Assembly: GCA_951406725.2 (NCBI GenBank)
Contig: OX597815.1
Location: forward strand, 92,938,001 to 93,002,000
Length of the DNA stretch: 64,000 nucleotides
Source of the DNA: Octopus vulgaris
Taxonomy: Eukaryota
Direction of reading: 5' to 3'
Made by a program: the position numbers and the translations under genes. The notes below the pieces were generated by a model. It was not told the DNA's origin and ran no database searches. It worked only from the letters and a program-made list of their open reading frames with translations. Shown here in pieces: positions 26,020 to 37,399 of this stretch (its first letter is position 1; the number at the start of each line of letters is the position of its first letter).

Positions 26020-26185
26020 AAGCATGGTTAAAAAGCTTGCTTTGCAACCATGTAGTCTTGGATTCTGCCCCATTGTGTGGTACCTTGGGCAAGTGTTTTC
26101 TGCCATAGCTTCGGGCTGACCAAAGCTTTGAGTGAATTTGTTAGACTGAAACTGAAAGAAGCCCATCGTGTGTGTGTATAGATAT
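26020..26185 (+). mobile_element. tRNA-derived SINE (head and body)
   Basis: tggttaaaaagcttgct...accttgggcaagtgt...gaccaaagc...gaaactgaaagaagccc followed by (TG)n. Confidence 0.8.
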
Positions 26186-26528
26186 ATCCATCCATCCATC
26201 TATATATACATATATATGAAAGTTTTCAGGTTGTTTTATTTATTGGTAATGTTTTACATATATTTACAATTCAAAATGGCCATCCTTTGCTTTTACTCTA
26301 TCCCTTAATCTTCATTCAATGTTTTATTGCTTCATAATTCTTTATACCAGTCATTTTCAATGCTATAATTTGTTCACAATTTGTTTGAGCCACCATATCT
26401 AATTAAGGGAAAACAATAATCAAAGGAATGTTAGGAAATGTAGTACAATATTTGCAACTATTTTTGCGAATAAGAATGTTTGAATTTATGTTGGAATAAC
26501 GAGTAAATTACTATGTTTAGATAATAGA

Positions 26529-26729
26529 ACCCTTTAGCATTCAGTCAAATGTAATACTTATTTATTCACATTGTTTTGAATTAATCATGCATTATCTCCT
26601 ATTTTGATGATGTGATTGTTTATTTTTAATTTATAAGGTAGATGGGTAGGGCCAGATCTGGCCAGCTTGAAGATAAAATAATTTGCCTATTTGGGTCTGC
26701 TATGGCCAGTTGAAATACCAAGAGGTTAA
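26529..26729. mobile_element. piggyBac-type MITE, decayed
   Basis: aaccctttagcattcag...gaggttaa; same family as 59232-59449. Confidence 0.75.
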
Positions 26730-27004
26730 AAACAGTAGTGTAGCATTTGAAGGTAGTTTGGCTACTTTTTTGGTTAGTTGAGTGCCATAGAGGTTCCCCC
26801 ATTTTGCTTGGTAATTTGTTTTGACCTAGATGAAAAGCTTTATCTTTTCTCAACAGAAAAATGTTGAGTTGTGATGTTCATGACTTTGTAAAGGAATAAG
26901 GTGTAAAGAAAGTGAACTAGCTTGAAACAAACATTAAAACTGTTTGTGAATTTACCTCAACTAGAGTTTTTGCTTCCCATCTTTTAACAATCTGTTAAAT
27001 CATA

Positions 27005-27395
27005 TTGAGTGATAAAATCATTAGAGTGTCAGACAAATTGTTCTGTGGTACTTGGGCACAATCCATTATGTTCTGAGGTCAAATCCTATTGTGATCAGCT
27101 TTACTTTTTTACTTCCAGGGTGATAAAATAAAACACTAGTGAAATATTAGAGTAGAATTAATCAATTAACACAGTCCCTGTAAATTATTGACCTTGTACC
27201 CAAATTAGAAATTAAGGGTGGTGGATTGGCAGAATCATTAGAATGTCAGAGTATTCTGATTTCAAATCTCACTGATGTCCACTTCACTTTCATCCTTTTG
27301 GAGTTGATAAAATAAACTACTAGTCTAGTACCGGGGCAGAATTAATCATCTAACCCTGTTCCCCGAATTTCTAGCCTGATACCTATGTTAGAAAC
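27005..27395 (+). mobile_element. Two tandem decayed SINEs (family of 35140-35350)
   Basis: Repeated gaatcattaga...ttcaaatc...tttcatccttt...gataaaataa motifs. Confidence 0.65.
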
Positions 27396-28506
27396 AGTTG
27401 TGTTTTTGTTTGTTTGAGTGACATGGATGTCTTTTACAGTGATCCAAAGCAGGTTGGATTCGCCACAGTTTGAGTGATAGAAAAAATTTATTTATAAATT
27501 TGTTTTTTTACTCAAGCACAGTTTCTACAAGTGTGGCTATCAGAGCCACTCATGGACTTTCTACTCTGAGAAGGAAAGATAGCAGAGAAGAGAAAAAAAC
27601 AGTTACAACAGTAGGTGCTTGGGGATGTTTCCAGAGTACCAATGGATAATCAGAATGGATGGAATCATCTTTTCCTTATCATTTGTAAACAATGAAGAGG
27701 CAGAGCACTGAGAAACTTAAGGTCTTCCTCTTTAACAAAATGGCTCACCAGAGGCCATAGCCAATATTGTCATCTCATTGTTTTCTGACAAAAAGAGACA
27801 GAATTCAGAGAAGGGTGGCTAGGGAACAAAAATAAGTGTGAGTTTGAATAGAAAGCTGGAAAGAGACTAGAGGTTCCTTGTGAGAAAACACTCCCATTCC
27901 ATGGGAACTGGAAATTTTACAGTAATCCAGAATAGTTTTATGTACACTTATCTTGCAAGAGATTTGTGTGGTCTTTGTCTGGGTTTTCACACATCTTTTT
28001 AAACATTCTGGAGATTACTCATTTTTAATAAAGTCATCCATTTTTCTTGTCTTGCGAGCTATACAGTTGGTGCAAACCTAATAATGCCAGTGTGTGAAAA
28101 TTGCAGGGGATGGTCTACTGAGATAAGATGTGGTAAGAGGAACAGAAAATATTCTACTTTCAAACAATATGGTCTGTCGACCTATGGAGCCAACCCTTGA
28201 TGAGAAACCATCAATACAGCTTTCCCAGGTCCAGGTATTTGGATAATATATCTATTCTTTTGTAATTCTTTGCAACCAAATGATTTTGCAAAAGTTATAT
28301 TGTGACATTTATTGCTAAGAACTGTTAAGTCATCCCTCTGAATAAACAAACAACAATTATATGTGTCTCACACAAAGCCTTTGCAGTACCATGTAATGTG
28401 TCATAAATATGTGGAACATTTTCAATATTTTTGTACTTGCATATTGTACAAGATATATGCATTATTAGATTGCCACAAACCTTGTGTTAATTTATTATTT
28501 TATGTA

Positions 28507-28555
<49 letters not shown>

Positions 28556-28556
<1 letters not shown>

Positions 28557-29030
28557 AAGTTAATCCAAACAAGAAAACACAAAAAAACACAACAATTTCC
28601 AGATTATCTTTGCCATTTCAGCTGGTTATACTCGAGATTGCTCCAATCTGGCCAGCCCCAAGGAAAAACTAAGCTAAGAGCATTAGATTCCTTGGAAGAA
28701 AACAGTAAATGTATACAAAAACAAGGATGGAAAAACAGAGAAATGTTACACAAATACAAATGCAAATAACAGGACATAACAACAGGTGTCTTTCGACTAA
28801 GGACGAATTAAATTAAGCTGGCGTGTGTGGAAGTAAATCCCTACGGCAGTGACATTAGTTTTGACGTGGAACAAATATAGTATTATTGGACGCTCAGGAA
28901 AGAAGGGAAGAAAGGAGGGTTTAACATTTCGAGCGGAGCTCTTCGTCAGAAACATAGGAGAAGGAAAGATCCCGAGAAGGGAAGACAGAGGAAAAAAAAT
29001 CGCCAACAGTACACACGAGGTCACATATAG
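28556..29030 (-). mobile_element. HHR-bearing pseudo-LTR-like element with a 273-bp templated insertion
   Basis: Abuts (TA)n and matches 2376-2470 apart from the insert at 28593-28865; hammerhead at 28919-28953. Confidence 0.8.
28919..28953 (-). ncRNA. Minimal type I hammerhead motif (CUGACGA)
   Basis: Minus strand reads gttt CTGACGA a gagc tcc gctc GAA ATGT T aaac; ATGT is one transition from the palindrome ACGT. Confidence 0.75.
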
Positions 29031-29205
29031 TTTCAAATTTACAGAAAAACAAAAGACGAAGACAGGTGTACAAAAAACAAGCAGGGGGATTAGTTTAAAG
29101 CTCAGGAAAATTAGAAAAGTCTTTTATGTTTTGAGCCTACACTCTTCAACAGAAAGGAATAAGAGGAAAGAAATGGAGAGAGATAAACTGTGTAGAGTTC
29201 AGCAG
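29030..29205 (-). mobile_element. Second copy of the 12810 family with a dead hammerhead (29121-29156)
   Basis: cttt CTGTTGA a gagt gtag gctc AAAA cata aaag; the conserved GAAA is mutated. Confidence 0.75.
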
Positions 29206-29214
29206 TCCAATGTA

Positions 29215-30146
29215 CGTGGTCTGATCAATAAACAACGAAACTAAAGTATGCAGAGTATGTAAAGTATGTACATACTAAAGTATGTAAAGTATGCCATAGT
29301 AATGAAACTAAAGTATGCAGAGTGAAGTCACTTGGATTGACCTTGAACTCCACTGTGCATGCACACTAAGTTTTAATGTTCTAGCTCACTTCCTCTGTTT
29401 ACAGTAGTGCTTGGAAGGAAGGTGTGTAGCGTGTGATCATCACATTGACCATGACAGAGGAAGGTGAGCAGAGAATCTGCATCACATTTTGCCAAAAGCT
29501 TGGTGATATCCGCTCAGAGGTCTACACAAAGTTTTCAAAGAGTTTTTATCATTCTTGAGACAATCAATATCTTGTGCATCTGAAACCTGAGTGTCTTTTG
29601 GTCAGCTGAAAGCAGTTTTGGCACAAACTTGGCAGACACACATCTCATACCCAAATCTTCTGTGATAATTGACTGAGCTGAATTGTGACTAATCAGCACA
29701 TCCTCTGATAATTCACAGCTGGTGATTTGACAACTTTCCCTCACATCTGCATGCACATCTACGATGTTTTTCTCAGTCTGCTGGTTGTGGGTCTCCCAGA
29801 ACATTCATCAATATCGACATTTTTTCAGTCATCTTGGAAACGTCTGAACCAGTCGTACATCTGTGTGTGGCTCATACACACCTCTCCATAGACTTTCTGC
29901 AACTTTGCCTAGGCCTCTGAGCAGGTATTGCCATGATAACTTTCTCTGTCATATTCAGTGTGATGATCATGTGCTACACACTTTTCTTCCAAGCACTGCT
30001 GTAAACAGCAGTAGTAGGCTAGAACGTTATAACTTAGTGCACAAGTACAGCAGAGTTCAAGGTCAATCTTTGCCAAGTGGCTTCACTCTGTGTGCTTTAG
30101 CTTTGTTACTATGGCAACAGTCTTGATACTTATTAATCAGACCTTG
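29215..30146. mobile_element. Mariner foldback derivative made of two inverted 5' ends
   Basis: TA|cgtggtctgatcaataa...ttattaatcagaccttg|TA. Plus strand gives MTEEGEQRICITFCQKLG; minus strand gives YDWFRRF...SGRP...ITEDLGMRCVSAKFVPKLL. Confidence 0.85.
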
Positions 30147-30182
30147 TATATATTATTTAATAGACACAATACATGTTTTTAT

Positions 30183-30237
30183 GTGGTACAAATAATTTCA
30201 TATGTTGAGAAATACCTCAGACATATTCATCAGGCAC
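30183..30237 (-). ncRNA. Hammerhead motif, left pseudo-LTR
   Basis: gtgc CTGATGA atatgtctgag gtatt tctcaacatat GAA ATTATTTGT A ccac; core intact, stems I and III partly decayed. Confidence 0.7.
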
Positions 30238-30939
30238 AAACCACATATCATAACTAAAAATTGAATGAGAGAAGAAATGTGAAAAATTGAGAAGGAAGTG
30301 TATAGAAAACATGGGAGATTAAAAAATGGAAAAAGTAAAATAGGTAAAGGCTGGAAAGATATCAACTAGTTAATCAGGAATAGGTGGAATTTTCCAATTC
30401 TTCAAAATGTACTTAGACATTTGTTTGCAACTGCTGAAAATTTCAGATCTAGAGTTCAATAGTGAGGGATTTTAAATCTGAAAAGGATCTGAGCTCTTTC
30501 AGCTAAATATAGCTTACATTTATTTGATCTGTTAACATAAGGTGTGGATTTTCAATTATTTTCCACTTAATCACATGTGGTGTTGCATTAGATTCCAAAC
30601 AACATATGTGGCTAGCCAACATAGTAGCATTACCTTTGTCCTTATATCAGATGGAGATTATGTGATTGGCATGGCAATTTTTAAATTCTCCTTCACATAA
30701 TCCAATATTGGTTTTCTTAACTGTTGTATTTTCATCTAGTGTTCAGTAACTTCTGCCTTATATATGAAAGATTTAATCATACATTGTTGGTTAAGTGGAC
30801 AGGATCCTGGGTCTCAACAGTTCCTTTTTTCACTTTTCGCTTTCCAATTTTTAACCTTCTACATTTTCTGTATGCTTCCTTCTCAAATTTTCACATTTCT
30901 TCTCTTATTCAATTTTTAGTTCATTATGATATGTGGTTT

Positions 30940-30994
30940 GTGCCTGATGGATATGTTTGAGGTATTTCTCAACATATGAAACTATTAGTAGCAC
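30940..30994 (+). ncRNA. Hammerhead motif, right pseudo-LTR
   Basis: gtgc CTGATGG atatgtttgag gtatt tctcaacatat GAA ACTATTAGT A gcac; stems I and III intact, A9G change in the core. Confidence 0.7.
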
Positions 30995-31289
30995 ATAAAA
31001 ACATGTATTGTGTCTATTACATAGTATTTATCTCTCACCAGATGGAGTACTTTTTTGTTGATCTTACCATCATGGAATAGTACATCATATATATATATTT
31101 GTATGATGGAGCACCGCCTTTAGTCAAGCAAATCAACCCCAGAGCTTGTGCTTTGTAAGCCTAGTACTTATTCTATCAGTCTCTTTTGCTGAACCGCTAA
31201 GTTATGGGGATGTAAGCACACCAGCATCGGTTGTTAAGTGATGTTGGTGGGGAGGAACAAACATAGACACTCAAGCACACACACACATA

Positions 31290-32205
31290 AAATACTAAAA
31301 TGGGACAAGAACGCAAAACATCCTGACAGGTGATACAGGTGATACAAAAAAGGGACAACAAAACATCCAGACAGATGATACAAAGAAAACAAGGATGGGT
31401 CATTTGGAGTTTTCTATCCTCAGTCAATTTCCAGATTATCTTTGCCATTTCAGCTGGTTATACTCGAGATTGCTCCAATCTGGCCAGCCCCAAGGAAAAA
31501 CTAAGCTAAGAGCATTAGATTCCTTGGAAGAAAACAGTAAATGTATACAAAAACAAGGATGGAAAAACAGAGAAATGTTACACAAATACAAATGCAAATA
31601 ACAGGACATAACAACAGGTGTCTTTCGACTAAGGACGAATTAAATTAAGCTGGCGTGTGTGGAAGTAAATCCCTACGGCAGTGACATTAGTTTTGACAGG
31701 CACAGGGAGGAAAATAGATGTTGCATGGATGCTAGTCAAACCAAGAAAGAAAGGTCAGGCTCGGCCAAACACCGGTCACATGGGGAGAGAAGAGAGAAAG
31801 GTAGAGGCAGAGGGATAGAAGAATTAAGGAGGGACGAGAAAAAGAATGAAAGGGACACAGTGAAGTGAAAGAGGAGGGAAAGTGAGCATGAAGAGAAGGC
31901 CAGGAAACGTGAGAGAGGGGGAACAAAAGAACGAAGAGTGGAATAAATGAAGTGTGAAAGAGCTGGTAGAAAGAAGGCATACTTACACTTTGGTCTCTTA
32001 TATGTAAGTATATATATATATCTATCTAAATTAATATATACAAAATTTAGATATATTATTCTTTCTATTTTTCCTTCTTTCTACCAGCCCTTTCACACTT
32101 AGTTCAATCATTCCACTCTTTGTTCTTTCGTTCCCCCACTCTCACATTTCCTGGCCTTCTCTTCATGCTCACTCTCCCTCTTCTTTCACTTTACTCTGTC
32201 CCTTT
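31290..32205. mobile_element. Older purine-rich interspersed element with a terminal inverted duplication
   Basis: 31849-31978 and 32073-32204 are diverged inverted repeats; 31425-31697 is identical to 28593-28865. Confidence 0.65.
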
Positions 32206-32745
32206 ACTTGTAAGAACTTGTTCCTCCCAGAATGTCTTTATCTGTTTTGTACACTACATTTTCAATGTACTTTTAATGCTTACATAAACGTGTTACTCAT
32301 AAGTGTGTGTGTGTGTGTGTATCGACAGTGTTTACATAATTTCATGTCAAACAATCTCACTGCTTAAGAGACAGTGTCATTGCTTACATCTGCCATAAAA
32401 ACATGTCAAATTGTTTGCTATATGAAAAACAAAGGGAATGAACACCTCATTTGAAAACGAATAAAGATGTGATGTGAGGGGGATTTGGTTGCTATTTCTG
32501 CCAAGTCGAGTGACTTTGCAAGGGCTCTCTCATTGGCTGAATTTTCTTAATGTCTTCAAAGATGAAGGACACCACTACTAAACTACAAAATCTGTATCAA
32601 TTATAGAATCAGTTGGAGATCATAACAAGTCAATATTATCATTACATTGAACATGTAAGGAAATGAATGAGAGTATCTTTAACTGGTCACTTGGCCTGCT
32701 AGAAATAGGAGCTAAATCATTCTCAAACCTTACTATACTGCCTTA

Positions 32746-33350
32746 TATATGGGTACATGATGTCACCAATGGTTCAAACAACAGGAAATATGTAAGCAAC
32801 AAAAAAAAAAATGGAGAACAGGACAAGTAAACACAGAGAAATGTCCCTTCATTAGTTGTCAGCTGTCTATCCTCATTTCAAGCATTCAATGACAATATGA
32901 GTCTTCAAAGACAGTTGCTCCCATAAATTCTAAAATAAAATTTAGGATTTATGGAGGGTCAAAGTTGGGAACAGAAACATTACAGTGGAGACATACAAGG
33001 AAACCGAATCAAAACAAACATGGAGGGTCGTTAGACCAGAATGAGAGGAAAACAGTGAATGCTGTGAGAAATGTATTTTTGAAAAGAGAAAAGATAGAAG
33101 AGAGAAAAAAGATAGCTGCTCTTTTGAACATCTGTGCAGGAAAAGAAAGATGGTCACGCGAGGAAAAGAAAGATGAATGATGGTCACGTGTGAACAATGA
33201 GAGAGAGTAAAAGAGAAAGAGGGAGAGAGAGAGACAAATAGAAAATGGTGAACGAGGGAGGGGAGAAAAAGTGAATTAGAGAAGGATGAAGGAAGAAAAC
33301 AGTGTAGAGAAAAGAGTCACATCAAAAAGGTGAAGATAAGCTTACTTGGA
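32746..33350 (-). mobile_element. Pseudo-LTR-like element; its end recurs at 34605-34686 with an inverted copy to 34750
   Basis: atgggtacatga..tcacca...caaacaaca.gaaatatgtaa...atggagaacaggacaagt is present at 32749 and 34608, and inverted at 34688-34750. Confidence 0.65.
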
Positions 33351-33411
33351 AATGGACGCATGGTATTCAATTAAATAATAACTAGTAAATAATATATTTT
33401 ATATATATATA

Positions 33412-34559
33412 TCTATATTATAAATCTGAAATGCGAAAAGTTTGTTTATTTGTTTGTTAGTTTGTTTGTCTGGTTTTGGCATTGAGAACGGGTTAAAGGC
33501 CACTAGATCCCGTCAGATTGACCATGCTAAAAATGGAATATACGAGTAAAAAATAGTCCCCCACCAATTCATCTAAAGGACAGTAACTCTAAAAAAGAAT
33601 ACACTTGGATGTAATGATCAGTCCAACCCATACCAGAATGAAAAGCAGATGTACAATAGTTATTGTGTATATACTGGTTTTATATTAATTAGTTACCATG
33701 ACCTTTGTAGGCCCTCTAAGATATGTGAGATTGATGTAGTAGATATCTGGTTTCTATAAAGTAGACATCTGCCAGAAAATAGAGAACAGCAAAGGTCTTG
33801 CATCTACAGAATGAGGATCAGTTGAAATGATAAGAGCAGGGTAGACAGGTGTAACATCAAATGAGCTTGGGTAGAGATGGTATGCAATTTGTTAGTTTAG
33901 ATTGCAGAAGATGTAGAAGAGAAAGAAAACAATGATACTGTTTGTGTGAGCCAGTAGTTAAAGCATACTGGTGAATGAGTCAGTAGAATGTCTTTTTTTT
34001 CTTTTTAAATCATTTTTATGTAACAGCACTGTCCTAAAGATACGAGCAGCACATGACATTGCATTGCTTTACAGCAAAATGTTTGAGTGACATCTGTTAA
34101 TAAACAAAAACAATTGGAAAGCTTACACATAAAGGAAAAGTGCTATGATGCCAAGAGTAACCATCAGCTGGAGCATAAGAATTCCATAAACCTTTCGAAT
34201 AAAACCTGGAAAATAGAATTAACAAGTTTAAAATGGTAATCCAAATATTTTTTCCTAAATATGCAAATCCTATACAAAATGTAACATTATGTGAATAAAT
34301 ATATTTTGTTTGTTAGGAATCATACTCCGTGATTGTAGTGGGTGCTTTTTTCATGCTACCGGCACAGGTGCTATGGGGGGAGGGGCACTGGCAGCGGCCA
34401 CGATCGGTTGGTGCTTTTTATGTGCCACCGGCACAGAAGCCAGTCAAGGCGGCGCTGCCATCGGCCACGTTCGGATGGTGCTTTTTACGTGCCGAAAGGA
34501 TGCAACAGAAAATAACAACCACACTCTTACCCGCGCATAGAGCGGGTCACCTTAAGCTA

Positions 34560-34560
<1 letters not shown>
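33412..34560 (+). mobile_element. Non-autonomous Helitron, ~1.15 kb, with heterogeneous interior
   Basis: 5' end a|TCTATATTATAAA..(gttt)n; 3' hairpin acccgc gcataga gcgggt then ...gCTAG|t; inserted in (TA)n. Confidence 0.75.
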
Positions 34561-34594
<34 letters not shown>

Positions 34595-34775
34595 CATACA
34601 TGCATACATGGGTACATGACATCACCAGTGAGTCAAACAACATGAAATATGTAAACTACGAAGAAAAAATGGAGAACAGGACAAGTTTGTTTACATATTT
34701 CATGTTGTTTGAACTGTTAGTGATGTTATGTACCCATATATGCATGTATATATATATGTATATACTATAATTTAC

Positions 34776-34832
<57 letters not shown>

Positions 34833-35139
34833 TGTAAAAAGACAACGCTTATTATTATATTAGGAGATTATACATATATTTTAACACTTTACAGTATATT
34901 TACATATATGCACAATTCTATACATTGATCTAAAACAACAGGATTACTAAAGGAAGATGTGAATTTAAAAGAAGAGAAAACCAAAAGGTCTCATGATATT
35001 CATTGAAGGATTTATTTCAGATATTCTCATTTTAAAAACCATCTCCAGTTAATTGTTGAGAGGACAGTGGTGTTGCATTGGTGGAGGTTTGCACCCTGTG
35101 AGTGCTCTTGTTACTATCATCATCATCATCATTATCAAA

Positions 35140-35350
35140 GTAGTGAGCTGATAGAGTGGTTAGTACATCAGGCAAAATGCTTAGCAGCATTTCGTCTGTC
35201 ATTACATTCTGAGTTAAAATTTCACTGAGGTAGACCTTGCCTTTTGTCCTTTCGGGGTCGATAAAATAAGTACCAGCTGAGCACTAGGGATGATGTAATC
35301 GACTTATTCCCTCCCTTGAAATTGATGGCCTTGTCCCAAAATTTGAAACT
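35140..35350 (+). mobile_element. tRNA-derived SINE (Meta-domain-like body)
   Basis: gtgagctgatagagtggttag...gagttaaaat...gccttttgtcctttcggggtcgataaaataagtaccag...tail (att)n. Confidence 0.8.
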
Positions 35351-35383
35351 ATTATTATTATTGTTGTTGTTGTTGTTGTTGTA

Positions 35384-35452
<69 letters not shown>

Positions 35453-35520
35453 ACTACTACTACTACTACTACTACTCTAGTAGTAGTAGTAGTAGCAGCA
35501 GCAGCAGTAGTAATAGTAAT
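35350..35520. repeat. Compound trinucleotide microsatellite with inverted symmetry
   Basis: (att)(gtt)(cta)n(ctg)n(cta)n followed by (tag)n(cag)n(tag)n. Confidence 0.95.
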
Positions 35521-35979
35521 ATGTAGTTGATGTAGTAGTCAACATAGGTTTTTCAAAGAGCTGGATTCTGAGGAAGGATATCTGCTTTTGATGGTTGCAA
35601 AGTAAGCTTCTCAACTACAGCGCTATGCTTGCATTCATTCAGTTTTGGACAACCTTATAAAAAAGAATAAGTTTTTTGTGAAATTTTGGTGTTTTTGTCT
35701 TTCCTTATCAGATCTTGTTTATATATATTTTAACCTATTTCAATTTATTTTGATACCTCATGACTTGAAAAATTTAATCTATTGTTTACTGGTAAATGAT
35801 ATGTTTGCTATCAAACATAGCTAATGGTATGTCTTACAACTTTGTAAATAACCCCATAAAAGTATGTTAGTATAATGTTTTGTAGCTCTCTAGTGTCTCA
35901 TGACAATTTAATTTTATCTGAGTAAACATCAGACAGTTATCACATACACACACACATACATGCACAAACACATGTATAC

Positions 35980-36110
35980 ACTGTAAAGACCCGTGTAATT
36001 TACGCACTTTTTTTCATTAAAATTAACTTTATTGGGTGCGTAAATTACATGAGTAGATTGTTTCCAGAATTTTTTAAAAAATTTCTTTTGTTGCAAAAAG
36101 ACGTACAAAA
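35980..36110 (+). mobile_element. pogo/Tigger-like MITE end
   Basis: ta|cactgtaaagacccgtgtaatttacgcac...gggtgcgtaaattacatgag forms a sub-terminal inverted repeat. Confidence 0.55.
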
Positions 36111-36906
36111 CATAAATATTTGTACTTGAAGTTGACTCATTTAATGTCAGAAAAGGTTTTTACAGAAAAAATAATGGCTCAAATATGAAGTTGACTTTAA
36201 TATATGCTGGACGGTATAATGCTCACTTTTTCTGTATAAATTTACTAAAACCATTAAATGGTTAGTTCTGGACGCCAGTAATGAACTCATTTGCATACAG
36301 TGAATCAGAGCAGAACCACCTTTATCCTTTCTAGTCAGCACTGTGCATTCCTTACTTTTTCCCTTTCTACTGGCAGACAGCAACCTTTTTGTCACTATCA
36401 AAAAAGAATTTCGCTATCACTACAAGCACTACTGTCCCCAACTAGCTGTCAGGTATATGAATAAATATATGTAAATAATATTTCTTCCTTTCTGGTGTTG
36501 ATCCTGCCATGTTCACTGGTTACTCCGGCGTTGGCACAATAATAGACTTGCCCAAACTGAATTGCTGGAGTTATTTAATTTTTTTCTAGAAAAATGCTTT
36601 TAAAAAGTTATAGAGGTTTAAAGTTTGATCACAGGATTTGGAAGCTGTTGTTTTTAATGTTTTCCATGAATTTTTCATGGGTTCAGCTAGTTATAATAAA
36701 TAGATATATCATTTACTACTAATAATATAACAGAAATCTTTTAGTACTCTCACATTTTTGTGACTATTTTTGGGGGATCTTTTCTGTTTGGTTGCCAGCA
36801 TCAATTTTCTGTTTGAATTAATTTCATATTCAGTGTAATGATACACTTTTATAGGCTAATTAATGAAATGAAAGTAATTTTCACTATAAATCAATAAATA
36901 CAGAGT

Positions 36907-37216
36907 GTACTTGCATAGCAAGTGACCTGATCTGAGATCATGTGCTGGAATGAAAACAATTGCAGCGTGGAAGGTGTTTATAAGCCTTTTAAGAAACACA
37001 CAAAATCCGTTAGATTCACTTATACATTTAGATTTAATTTGTCAAAATATTTTCGTTGCTTTGAGACTGCGACCTGTTCACTGACAAAATTCCGTGCTGC
37101 ACAGTCTCAAAGCGACGAAAATATTTTGACAAATTAAATCTAACTGTTGAAGTGAATCTAACGATTTTGTGTGTTTCTTAAATGGCTTATAAACACCTTC
37201 CACACTGCAATTGGGT
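36907..37216. mobile_element. Foldback HHR-bearing element with a 16-bp target-site duplication
   Basis: Inverted arms span 36957-37213; tcaataaatacagagt is present at 36891-36906 and 37217-37232. Confidence 0.9.
37038..37088 (-). ncRNA. Minimal hammerhead motif with swapped G3-C8 core (GUGAACA)
   Basis: Minus strand reads tttgtca GTGAACA g gtcgc agtctcaaa gcaac GAA AATATT T tgacaaa. Stem I is 7 bp and stem III is the palindrome AATATT; the other arm has gcgac, giving a perfect stem II. Confidence 0.7.
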
Positions 37217-37399
37217 TCAATAAATACAGAGTTATTAGTAATTAAAGTTTGAAAATTTAGGTACTTTTAGTCAGTTGTAAGCCATAGACACATTCATATT
37301 TTTCTTTTAAATTAACATAAACATTTATTTACATGAAAGAAAATTACGTGCTAAAAATAACAGCTAAATACGATTTATTTACATGAAAGAAATTATGCA

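Larger units (their letters stand above)
30158..31019. mobile_element. Penelope-like relic with inverted pseudo-LTRs, each carrying a hammerhead
   Basis: 30158-30345 and 30820-31019 are inverted repeats. Interior 30392-30520 (minus) reads CKLYLAERAQIL...LLNSRSEIFSSCKQMSKYILKNW, a GIY-YIG C-terminus. Confidence 0.85.

Noticed and set aside
28610-28670. gctgg/ccagc stem followed by tgaaa on the minus strand (also 31440-31500)
   Set aside because: Upstream core (ccttggg) is too far from NUGANNA to call; at most a dead relic.
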